Both the position numbers and the translations under genes were made by a program. This document shows positions 17,122 through 25,694 of a stretch of DNA of 64,000 bases, in pieces. Below the pieces are notes generated by a model. The model saw nothing but the letters and a program-made list of their open reading frames with translations. It made no database searches and was not told where the DNA came from. Within the stretch, counting starts at the first letter, position 1. Every line of letters starts with the position of its first letter. The DNA is from Myxococcales bacterium (GTDB lineage Bacteria > Myxococcota_A > Polyangia > Polyangiales > GCA-016699535). The stretch lies in assembly GCA_020633325.1 (NCBI GenBank), contig JACKDX010000002.1, forward strand, positions 270,901 to 334,900. Direction: 5' to 3'.

Positions 17122-19569
17122 ATGAGGAAATCGATTATTAGTATGCGGGGATGGATGCTAAGCGTGCTGGCCCAGATAGGAGGGCACAGTATCGCCAGCT
17201 ACGCGGCCGCGCAAGACAGTCCGCTTGACTCGGCCTCTCATCACGGAGGGGAAGCCAATCTCATTCTGCCCGACTTAAGGCTTGTGGAATTTTTTGGATT
17301 GAGTGGCCGGCAGCTTTTGCTTGTCGGCATGGTCGTATGCCTTTTTGGCCTTTTGTTTGGGGGCGTAGTCTTCGCACAACTAAAAAGACTACGAGTGCAT
17401 CGTGCCATGGAAGAAGTGTCCGAGCTTATCTATGCGACATGCAAAACCTATCTAGTTACTCAAGGTAAGTTCATTTTGTTATTGGAGGTCTTTATTGGCC
17501 TTGTCATAGTCGTGTACTTCGGCGCGTTGATGGACTTTGCGGCAGCAAAGGTCACGATTATTCTGCTGTTTAGCATGGTGGGAATCGCGGGCAGTTATGC
17601 TGTGGCGTGGTTTGGCATACGAATCAACACCTTTGCCAATTCTCGCACAGCATTTGCAAGCCTAGAGGGCAAGCCCTATCCGGTTTACGCCATTCCACTT
17701 AAAGCGGGGATGAGCATTGGCATGCTCCTCATCAGTGTTGAGCTCATTATTATGCTCGGTATTCTTCTTTTCGTACCGGGTGACTACGCAGGACCCTGTT
17801 TTATAGGGTTTGCGATCGGTGAGTCGCTGGGTGCCTCCGCGCTGAGAATCGCGGGCGGGATTTTTACCAAGATCGCCGATATCGGCTCCGACCTCATGAA
17901 AATTGAATTTAAGATTAAGGAAGACGATGCCCGCAATCCCGGTGTCATCGCCGACTGCACAGGCGACAATGCCGGCGATTCAGTGGGACCGAGCGCAGAT
18001 GGCTTTGAAACGTATGGTGTGACCGGCGTCGCGCTCATCTCGTTTGTATTGCTGGCGGTGACCGATGACGCGGTTCAGGTGAAACTCCTGGTATGGCTGT
18101 TTTCCATTCGCGTGATGATGATCATCGCAAGCGGGTTCTCCTATATATTTAACGAAACAGTGCAACGGAGACGTTACAAAGACGTGGCTCATATGGACTT
18201 CGAGATTCCGTTGACATGGCTGGTATGGCTTACCTCCCTAATCTCCGTGGCGATGACATTTGCCGCGTCGTATTTGCTCATTCCAGAATTGGGGGATGGT
18301 TCCTTGTGGTGGAAGCTTTCGCTGATTATCAGCTGCGGCACTCTTGCGGGTGCTATTATTCCGGAGCTGGTCAAAGTGTTCACGTCGACCTCGTCCATGC
18401 ATGTGAAAGAGGTCGTCACTTCGTCTCAGGAAGGCGGTGCCTCGCTCAACGTGCTCTCCGGGATGACGGCGGGCAACTTTAGTGCATTCTGGATTGGCAT
18501 GAGCATCATGGCCCTCATGGGAATCGCCTATGGGGTGAGCACACTTGGAATGGACGATCTTATGGCGGCCTCGCCTGTTTTTGCATTTGGCTTGGTGGCG
18601 TTCGGTTTTTTAGGAATGGGCCCGGTTACCATCGCTGTGGACTCGTACGGGCCTGTGACTGATAATGCGCAGTCAATCTATGAGCTTTCGTTGATCGAAA
18701 CGCTTCCAGACATCGGTGCAGAAATCCACCGAGATTTTGGAATGGTGGTGGACTTCGAGAAAGCCAAACGTCTGCTTGAAGAAAACGATGGCGCTGGCAA
18801 CACTTTTAAAGCCACCGCAAAACCCGTGTTGATAGGCACGGCCGTCGTGGGCGCGACCACACTGATTTTCTCTATTATTGTCGTGTTAACCGACGGACTT
18901 AGCCATAATCTCGAGAAACTCTCGCTGCTCCATCCACCGTTTTTGCTCGGGCTTTTAGCAGGAGGCGCGATCATTTATTGGTTTACCGGCGCTACAACGC
19001 AAGCTGTCACTACGGGAGCATACCGAGCCGTAAAGTTCATCAAGTCGACTTTGAAACTGGATGGTGCGAACAAAGCATCGGTTGAAGACAGCAAGAAGGT
19101 TGTCGAGATTTGCACACAGTATGCGCAAAAGGGCATGTTGAATATCTTCTTGACGGTGTTTTTCATCACGCTTGCATATGCATGTATGGAACCGTATTTT
19201 TTCATTGGATACCTCATATCGCTCGCTCTGTTTGGTCTCTTTCAAGCGTTGTTTTTAGCGAATGCCGGGGGCGCGTGGGACAATGCAAAAAAGCTCGTTG
19301 AAGTAGAGCTTAATCAGAAAGGAACGCCCCTTCATGATGCGATGGTGGTGGGCGATACAGTAGGAGATCCATTCAAAGACACTTCGTCTGTAGCCATGAA
19401 CCCTATCATAAAGTTTACAACCTTGTTTGGGCTGTTGGCGGTTGAGCTTGCCTTGCAACTTGATAGATCAGTCAGCGTTCTGTTGGCTGCCGTGTTCTTC
19501 GCATTGGCGTTATTGTTTATCTGGCGTTCGTTCTATGCCATGCGGATCGTAGACGAGACGCCTCGATAG
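17122..19569 (+). CDS. hppA: Membrane-bound proton-translocating pyrophosphatase (M-PPase)
   Basis: 815 aa, polytopic. Motifs GDNAGD, DNAKK and GDTVGDPFKDT. The GNTFKATAK segment carries Lys at the A/K switch position, suggesting the K+-independent type. An N-terminal ~45-aa extension means the true start is uncertain. Confidence 0.9.
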   Translation: MRKSIISMRGWMLSVLAQIGGHSIASYAAAQDSPLDSASHHGGEANLILPDLRLVEFFGLSGRQLLLVGMVVCLFGLLFGGVVFAQLKRLRVHRAMEEVSELIYATCKTYLVTQGKFILLLEVFIGLVIVVYFGALMDFAAAKVTIILLFSMVGIAGSYAVAWFGIRINTFANSRTAFASLEGKPYPVYAIPLKAGMSIGMLLISVELIIMLGILLFVPGDYAGPCFIGFAIGESLGASALRIAGGIFTKIADIGSDLMKIEFKIKEDDARNPGVIADCTGDNAGDSVGPSADGFETYGVTGVALISFVLLAVTDDAVQVKLLVWLFSIRVMMIIASGFSYIFNETVQRRRYKDVAHMDFEIPLTWLVWLTSLISVAMTFAASYLLIPELGDGSLWWKLSLIISCGTLAGAIIPELVKVFTSTSSMHVKEVVTSSQEGGASLNVLSGMTAGNFSAFWIGMSIMALMGIAYGVSTLGMDDLMAASPVFAFGLVAFGFLGMGPVTIAVDSYGPVTDNAQSIYELSLIETLPDIGAEIHRDFGMVVDFEKAKRLLEENDGAGNTFKATAKPVLIGTAVVGATTLIFSIIVVLTDGLSHNLEKLSLLHPPFLLGLLAGGAIIYWFTGATTQAVTTGAYRAVKFIKSTLKLDGANKASVEDSKKVVEICTQYAQKGMLNIFLTVFFITLAYACMEPYFFIGYLISLALFGLFQALFLANAGGAWDNAKKLVEVELNQKGTPLHDAMVVGDTVGDPFKDTSSVAMNPIIKFTTLFGLLAVELALQLDRSVSVLLAAVFFALALLFIWRSFYAMRIVDETPR

Positions 19570-19570
19570 G

Positions 19571-22192
19571 TTAGCGGGCTTCGCGTACGACAAGCGTCAA
19601 TATTCGTCCTGGCACGTACAGAGCTTTTAGAATCTGTTTGTCGTGCAGATGCTCGGCAACGCGTGGTTCCTTAAGTGCTGCTGCCCTCACCTCGTTTTCC
19701 GTAGCGCCGATAGCGACCCTAATTCGGGCGCGAACTTTGCCGTTTATCTGGATGGGCACTTCGACATGGTCTTGCTGCAGAGCCGCCTCATCCGCCACGG
19801 GCCACTGGCGGGTGGCGATCAAGTTCTTTCCGCCCAAGACAGCGTGAAGCTCTTCGGCAACATGAGGCGCAAAAGGGGCCAAGAGCCGTAAAAGCACATC
19901 GATCCCTTCTTGAGCCACAGCCCAGTCCGCATCGGTTTGAGGCTTGAACGCCAAAAGAGCATTGAGCATTTCCATCTGTGCGGCGACCGCTGTATTGAGC
20001 TGAAGCCGTTCTGCAATGTCGTGAGTTACTCGCATAATAGTCTGGTGAATGATGCGGCGGAGTGCCGCAGCAGCGGGGGTGGTCTCTTCCTGGGATCGGG
20101 AGTGCATCAGATTGTCATGATTTGTATACACGTAGCGCCAGATGCGCTTTAAAAAACGGTGCATCCCCTCAACCCCTGCATCGTTCCAATCGACTTGCCC
20201 TTCAGGCGGAGCCGCAAACAACACGAACAGTCGCGCGGTATCCGCACCGTATTTGGCAACCAGCTCATCTGGATCGATGAGATTGTTTTTTGACTTACTC
20301 ATCTTGATGACAGGCCCTACCTCCACTGGCCGTCCGTCATCCTTCAACACACGCACCCCGTCGCGGAGTTCGGTCTCGCTGGGATAATGGTATGTTTTAG
20401 CACGGTGAACGTCTGTGTCGTTGCTGAAGTACACCTCGTGGCAGACCATCCCCTGGGTGAGCAAGCGTTTGGCGAATTCCCGGGGAGTCGAAGCGGGTAA
20501 ATAGCCCAAATCTATCATGACTCGGTGCCAAAACCGGGCATACATCAGGTGCATGACCGCGTGCTCATCACCGCCAATATATAGATCAACGGGTAGCCAT
20601 GCTTTTGCGATGATGGGATCGACAGGACCATCCGCATAATGGGGTGTTGTGTAACGGTGTAGATACCAACTGGATTCGACGAACGTGTCGAACGTATCAG
20701 TTTCCCTACGTGCAGGCTGCTGACACTTCGGGCACTGAACTTGTACAAACGAAGGATGCAACGCCAAAGGGGAGCCACCCTGTTGCGTGATGGTGACGTC
20801 CAGCGGCAGCGTCACCGGAAGATCGCCCAGAGGTACCGGCACTACGCCATCCCGGTCGCAATGAATCACCGGAATGGGTGTGCCCCAATAACGCTGCCTC
20901 GAAATCAACCAATCTCGCAAACGATAGCTGACGGTGGATCTGCCGAGCTCTCGCATCTCAAGCAACTCTGTTATGCGTGTCTTACCCGTTTCGCTCGGCG
21001 TACCGTCGAATCCCGCACTATTGATCATGATGCCGGGCCCCGTATACGCCTCGTCTGAGCGCGCGTGAGCTGGCGGGGCGATAACTTGCCGTATGGGTAA
21101 GTCGTACGTACGCGCAAAGTCGAGATCGCGCTGGTCGTGAGCAGGCACCGCCATCACCGCGCCGGTCCCGTAATCCATCAACACGAAATTGGCGATCCAA
21201 ATCGGGATCAGATCGCCAGAGAGAGGGTGAACCGCGTAACGCCCGGTAAAAATTCCCTCTTTATGGGTGTCGTCCACACTGCGCTGCGCCTTATGCTCAT
21301 GCTGGAGCTTGTGAACATAGGCGGCGACGCGCTCAGCCGTTTCAGTTCCTTGAGCTAGTCTGAGCGCCAATGGATGCTCGGCCGCGAGCGAGAGAAAGGT
21401 TACGCCATAAAGAGTGTCTGCGCGTGTGGTGAATACCGCAACTTCGGTGATCCCATCAACGGGGTTCTGAAGCTTAAACTTGACCTCGGCGCCGATGCTA
21501 CGACCGATCCAGTTCCGTTGTGCATTCAGCACCTTGTCGGGCCAGCGGCCCGCCAGTTCATCGAGGCCATCCAACAATTCCTGAGCGTAATGTGTGGTCC
21601 GAAGGAACCACTGGGCAAGTTCGCGCTGGCTGACGGGACTGGAACAACGCCAACAAAGTCCGTCTTCAACTTGTTCGTTCGCCAGCACGGTTTGGCAGCT
21701 CTCGCACCAGTTAGCGAGTGCATTTTTTCGATACGCAAGCCCGGCCTCCAGCATGCGCAAGAACATCTCTTGTTCGTGACGATAGTACTCAGGATCGCAC
21801 GTGGCGAACTCTCGCTCCCAGTCGTAACCAAAGCCCAGCCGCTGCATTTGCGCACGCATTTGCGCTATGTTTTGGAGTGTCCAGTCACGAGGATGCCGAT
21901 GATGGGCGATGGCCGCATTTTCGGCCGGCATTCCAAAAGCGTCCCATCCCATGGGATGAAGGACGTTCTGCCCCCGCATGCGGGTAAAGCGCGCGATGGC
22001 ATCCCCGATCGAGTAGTTGCGCACATGTCCCATGTGAATGCGCCCCGAGGGGTAGGGCAACATCTCTACGATATAGGCCTTACGGTCTCTATCATTCTCG
22101 GCGGAGAAAACATTCTGCTCTGCCCAACGCCTCTGCCACTTTTTTTCAATATCGTCTGCGTGGTAGGCATCTTCCATAACGTGCTCAGCCAA
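19571..22192 (-). CDS. leuS: Leucyl-tRNA synthetase
   Basis: 873 aa. Class I HIGH motif (HMGHVRNY), KMSKS (KMSKSKNN), CP1 editing domain and zinc-binding CxxC pairs. Confidence 0.95.
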   Translation of the reverse strand: MAEHVMEDAYHADDIEKKWQRRWAEQNVFSAENDRDRKAYIVEMLPYPSGRIHMGHVRNYSIGDAIARFTRMRGQNVLHPMGWDAFGMPAENAAIAHHRHPRDWTLQNIAQMRAQMQRLGFGYDWEREFATCDPEYYRHEQEMFLRMLEAGLAYRKNALANWCESCQTVLANEQVEDGLCWRCSSPVSQRELAQWFLRTTHYAQELLDGLDELAGRWPDKVLNAQRNWIGRSIGAEVKFKLQNPVDGITEVAVFTTRADTLYGVTFLSLAAEHPLALRLAQGTETAERVAAYVHKLQHEHKAQRSVDDTHKEGIFTGRYAVHPLSGDLIPIWIANFVLMDYGTGAVMAVPAHDQRDLDFARTYDLPIRQVIAPPAHARSDEAYTGPGIMINSAGFDGTPSETGKTRITELLEMRELGRSTVSYRLRDWLISRQRYWGTPIPVIHCDRDGVVPVPLGDLPVTLPLDVTITQQGGSPLALHPSFVQVQCPKCQQPARRETDTFDTFVESSWYLHRYTTPHYADGPVDPIIAKAWLPVDLYIGGDEHAVMHLMYARFWHRVMIDLGYLPASTPREFAKRLLTQGMVCHEVYFSNDTDVHRAKTYHYPSETELRDGVRVLKDDGRPVEVGPVIKMSKSKNNLIDPDELVAKYGADTARLFVLFAAPPEGQVDWNDAGVEGMHRFLKRIWRYVYTNHDNLMHSRSQEETTPAAAALRRIIHQTIMRVTHDIAERLQLNTAVAAQMEMLNALLAFKPQTDADWAVAQEGIDVLLRLLAPFAPHVAEELHAVLGGKNLIATRQWPVADEAALQQDHVEVPIQINGKVRARIRVAIGATENEVRAAALKEPRVAEHLHDKQILKALYVPGRILTLVVREAR

Positions 22193-22261
22193 GGTCGCGA
22201 CTTAGCATGCTTGGAGCGGGTTTTCCAGAGCGCGTGACATGCGCTACGCTGGCAGGCACCT

Positions 22262-23671
22262 ATGTTTTCTGTGCCAAGAGTATGCTTTTTGCTGATGCTT
22301 CTGTGTGCGTGTGAGAACGCGGGGCAGAAAAAAAAGGTCCCCGCTGAAGCCGGCCCCACTTCACAGCCCACCGCCCCTCAAGAAGTCGTCCACGAAGTTC
22401 AGGCGGGGGAAACCTTATGGGATATCGCTAGGAGCTATGATGTGCGCATTGCTGACCTCCTTCACATCAACCAACTGGGTCCTCAAGATCAAAACCTGGT
22501 GCGCATTGGTCAGAGGTTGCGCATCCCGGGAGCAAAGCACACAGTAACAGTTGAAACGGCCGAAGACAGACAAAAAGCCCGCGATGCGGAGCGCGGGAAG
22601 CTGCCCGTCATTCATGATGGCGCATACCATTTTTTGGCCCCGGGCGAATCGCTTTGGAGCTTGGCGCGGCTTTACGATGTGCCGCTCGATACCATCATGG
22701 CGCGCAACAAACTGAGCGATGAAGCTGCAGCCGAGCTAAGACCAAACGATCCGATTGTGATCCCCGGCATTCGAGCCAACCAAGTCCGACAGACCGAAAC
22801 GGCTATAAAAACGGGTTTTCTGCACACCATCGAGCCAGGTGAAACGGTTTGGGATTTGGCGAATCGGTACCATATTGCCGTGGCCGAAATCATGGCCGCG
22901 AATAACTTCAAAGAGGCGCAAGTGATAGCGCTCAAGCCCAGCGATCAGGTGTGGATCCCTGGGGTTTCCAAGGACAAGAAGGGCCGGATCCAAACGCCGC
23001 CCACCAAGCGACAACGTGGCGTGACCGCCGGTGCAAAGCGCATGGGACTCGGGACCAAACAAGCTGCAGGGCGCATTCTGCGGGGAGCCATTCAACCTCA
23101 ATGGATACGTGCCGCCGGTGGCACTGGCAGATTGCCGGGCACACTTAAGTGGCCGGTCACTAAGGGATGGTTTGTTCGTGGTTTTGGCTCGGGCGAGGGG
23201 GGATACCATTTGGCGATAGACATCATGGGGAAAATTGGATGGAACGTACGCGCGGCGGCTCCAGGAATCGTGGCTTATGCGGGCGATGAGGTCAGAGGCT
23301 ATGGAAACATGGTGCTCGTGATACATCCCGGTGGATGGGCCACCATGTACGCGCACAATTCCGTGAACTTTGTTGTGGCCGGAGAACGAGTCAATCGCGG
23401 CGCTGTACTGGCAGAAGTGGGAAGTACCGGCATCAGTCGTGGACCCCACGTGCATTTCGAGCTGATCTTCCGGGGCCAGAATTGTGATCCCTTGCCCTTG
23501 TTTCGTCCCGGGGTGCGTCATCGTCACAAGGACGGAAGCACACACCAAGCCACATGGAGCAATCCAGCTAAGCGCCCGAAGGCGGTTAGCTGTGCTCCGC
23601 GACGACGCCACCCGCATTCACGGTGGGTCACGGAAGAGGATCCCGGGGCGGGCACCGAAGCTGTCCCATGA
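22262..23671 (+). CDS. LysM-repeat M23 (LytM-type) peptidoglycan endopeptidase, lipoprotein
   Basis: Signal/lipobox LLMLLCAC. Three LysM repeats (HEVQAGETLWDIARSY..., HFLAPGESLWSLARLY..., HTIEPGETVWDLANRY...). M23 motifs HLAIDI and GPHVHFE. Confidence 0.85.
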   Translation: MFSVPRVCFLLMLLCACENAGQKKKVPAEAGPTSQPTAPQEVVHEVQAGETLWDIARSYDVRIADLLHINQLGPQDQNLVRIGQRLRIPGAKHTVTVETAEDRQKARDAERGKLPVIHDGAYHFLAPGESLWSLARLYDVPLDTIMARNKLSDEAAAELRPNDPIVIPGIRANQVRQTETAIKTGFLHTIEPGETVWDLANRYHIAVAEIMAANNFKEAQVIALKPSDQVWIPGVSKDKKGRIQTPPTKRQRGVTAGAKRMGLGTKQAAGRILRGAIQPQWIRAAGGTGRLPGTLKWPVTKGWFVRGFGSGEGGYHLAIDIMGKIGWNVRAAAPGIVAYAGDEVRGYGNMVLVIHPGGWATMYAHNSVNFVVAGERVNRGAVLAEVGSTGISRGPHVHFELIFRGQNCDPLPLFRPGVRHRHKDGSTHQATWSNPAKRPKAVSCAPRRRHPHSRWVTEEDPGAGTEAVP

Positions 23672-23698
23672 CAACTGCGTTTTTTTTTTGTAGGCTCG

Positions 23699-24169
23699 AT
23701 GGCTATGACCGAACCCCCCCTTCCGCCATCCACGCCACCAAGTGATCCGTGGCATTCGCCAGTTGCACCTGCTCCTGCGGAATCGCCGCTGAAAACTGGG
23801 CTAAAACGTACGTGGGTCGTGGTGCTTCTCAGCGTGCTGGGATCGCTCTGTGTGCTTTCTACAATATGCTTTGTATCTTGCGGATTACTGTTCAAGAAGG
23901 GCAAACAAGAGAGTTCAGCGCAACTCGTCATTAGGCTAAAAGAAGCCGCTGCACTTCACCCTAACGGCACACAATACATGAAAGATATTAACCAGTTCGC
24001 AGCTCATATCAAGAACGACGACTTGGATTTTACGGAATTTGCTCGTGTGCTCGGGCGCGTACAGGCTGCAGATGCTGACAAGACGATTGATGCTCGCGAG
24101 ATGGACTCACTCATGATTCTGGTGCGTGATGTCAATCGGAGGAGTCAGGTCCACCAAGACCAGGACTAG
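23699..24169 (+). CDS. Hypothetical single-pass membrane protein
   Basis: 156 aa. Pro-rich N-terminus, one TM helix (WVVVLLSVLGSLCVLSTICFVSCGLLF), and a helical C-terminal domain with an EF-hand-like DADKTIDAREMD loop. No family recognised. Confidence 0.45.
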   Translation: MAMTEPPLPPSTPPSDPWHSPVAPAPAESPLKTGLKRTWVVVLLSVLGSLCVLSTICFVSCGLLFKKGKQESSAQLVIRLKEAAALHPNGTQYMKDINQFAAHIKNDDLDFTEFARVLGRVQAADADKTIDAREMDSLMILVRDVNRRSQVHQDQD

Positions 24170-24198
24170 CGAGGACCGCAAGGCGTAAAGAGGAAGTA

Positions 24199-25326
24199 AT
24201 GCTTGAGCCAAAAGATGTTTTAGACACACTGACTCAGTCGGGGGTGGAATTTTTTTCTGGGGTACCGGATTCCCTGCTTAAGTCGTTTTGTGCATATGTG
24301 ACGGACAATACGAGCGCCAAACAACACGTTATCACGGCAAATGAAGGCGGCGCTTTAGCATTAGCTGCCGGTTCCTATCTTGCTACGGGAAAACTGGGAT
24401 TGGTGTACATGCAAAACTCCGGGCTTGGCAATGCGGTCAATCCCTTGACATCGCTTGCGGATCCGGAGGTGTACGGCATCCCAATGTTGCTGATGGTCGG
24501 TTGGAGGGGCGAGCCGGACTCGAAGGATGAACCACAGCATGTGAAAATGGGCAAAGTCACGCTCGAACTGCTGTCTGCTTTAGGGGTCCAGCACGCGATA
24601 CTACCGGACGACTGGGCGGTGGCGAAGCCCTTGTTGAGCTTCGCGGTGGAGCAAGCCAAGTCTAACAATGCTCCCTTTGCGCTGGTTGTTCCCAAAGACA
24701 CGTTTGCAAACTACGCGTTGCAGACCAAGTCGCAGGCGAGTCCGTATGAGATGAGTCGCGAGCAAGCTTTGGGGATCGTATTAGAGCATATCGAACCGAA
24801 CGCACTCGTGGTGTGTACGACGGGTATGCCATCGCGCGAACTCTTTGAGTGGCGCGAACGCCGAGGAGAAGCCCATGCGTCTGACTTTTTAACGGTGGGA
24901 TGTATGGGACATGCATCCCAAATCGCGTTGGGTGTAGCGCTTCAGCAACCGGAGAGGCCCGTGTACTGTATCGATGGCGATGGCGCTGTGATTATGCATA
25001 TGGGTGCGCTGAGCACGATCGGTGCACTTGCGCCGAATAATTTTCGACACGTGGTACTCAACAATGCTGCACATGACAGCGTCGGCGGGCAGCCCACCGT
25101 GGGCTTTGCGGTAGATTTCGCAGCGATTGCACGCGGCTGTGGCTATAACGGAGCGGTTCGAGCTGACAATGACACAGACTTACGTAGCCATCTTCAGGCG
25201 CTGACGTCTGGCGGCGGGCCAGTGTTGGTGGAAATACGCATCCATAAGGGCGCAAGACCGGATTTGGGGCGCCCGACCGAGAGCCCCGCGGCTCTCAAAC
25301 GATCCGTAATGCATTACCTGGCGTAG
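24199..25326 (+). CDS. ThDP-dependent phosphonopyruvate decarboxylase-like enzyme (Ppd/AepY or fused sulfopyruvate decarboxylase ComDE family)
   Basis: 375 aa. N-terminal GVEFFSGVPDSLLKSFCAYV is characteristic of Ppd. The ThDP-binding GDGAVIMHMG...NN motif lies in the C-terminal half. Size and two-domain layout match single-chain Ppd/ComDE. Confidence 0.7.
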   Translation: MLEPKDVLDTLTQSGVEFFSGVPDSLLKSFCAYVTDNTSAKQHVITANEGGALALAAGSYLATGKLGLVYMQNSGLGNAVNPLTSLADPEVYGIPMLLMVGWRGEPDSKDEPQHVKMGKVTLELLSALGVQHAILPDDWAVAKPLLSFAVEQAKSNNAPFALVVPKDTFANYALQTKSQASPYEMSREQALGIVLEHIEPNALVVCTTGMPSRELFEWRERRGEAHASDFLTVGCMGHASQIALGVALQQPERPVYCIDGDGAVIMHMGALSTIGALAPNNFRHVVLNNAAHDSVGGQPTVGFAVDFAAIARGCGYNGAVRADNDTDLRSHLQALTSGGGPVLVEIRIHKGARPDLGRPTESPAALKRSVMHYLA

Positions 25327-25345
25327 CGCCAAGATGCCCAAGGTC

Positions 25346-25693
25346 TTAGGAGTTTGCTGGCTCTCGGAGTTGGTCCGATTTGGCCGCGAGAATAAAATCG
25401 CTTTCGGTCAATCCATCGATCTTATGCGTCCAAATATCAAGCCGAACTTTCCCCCAGCTGAGCAAGATATCAGGGTGGTGTCCCTCACTCTCCGCAAGCT
25501 CGCCTACGCGATTTACGAAGTCGAGAGCTTGTATAAAGTTTTCGAAAGCGAACGTCTTGCTCAAGTGGTGCCCATCGACTAGCTGCCATTCTCCTCCAAG
25601 TTCACGCAGCAAGTATGCACACTGTTCGGCTGATAGTGCTTGAACCCCTCCCATGCACGGAACACAATGCTTGCTACTGAGCACATCGGGCAT
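25346..25693 (-). CDS. Pterin-4a-carbinolamine dehydratase (PCD/DCoH family)
   Basis: Catalytic EGHHPDI motif and N-terminal C-x2-C...W pattern typical of bacterial COG2154 proteins. Start set at MPDVL (ATG at 25693), 1 nt after the upstream gene's TGA. The longest ORF reaches 25720. Confidence 0.8.
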   Translation of the reverse strand: MPDVLSSKHCVPCMGGVQALSAEQCAYLLRELGGEWQLVDGHHLSKTFAFENFIQALDFVNRVGELAESEGHHPDILLSWGKVRLDIWTHKIDGLTESDFILAAKSDQLREPANS

Positions 25694-25694
25694 G

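Noticed and set aside
21374-22237. 287-aa ORF on the + strand
   Set aside because: It lies entirely antisense to leuS, whose identity is unambiguous (HIGH and KMSKS motifs). The translation is low-complexity with no motif. Long antisense ORFs are expected in GC-rich coding DNA.
23680-23689. T10 run immediately after the LysM-M23 gene, considered as an intrinsic terminator
   Set aside because: I could not find a GC-rich stem-loop directly upstream of the T tract, so a canonical terminator is not supported. It may instead be an A/T tract for the next promoter.
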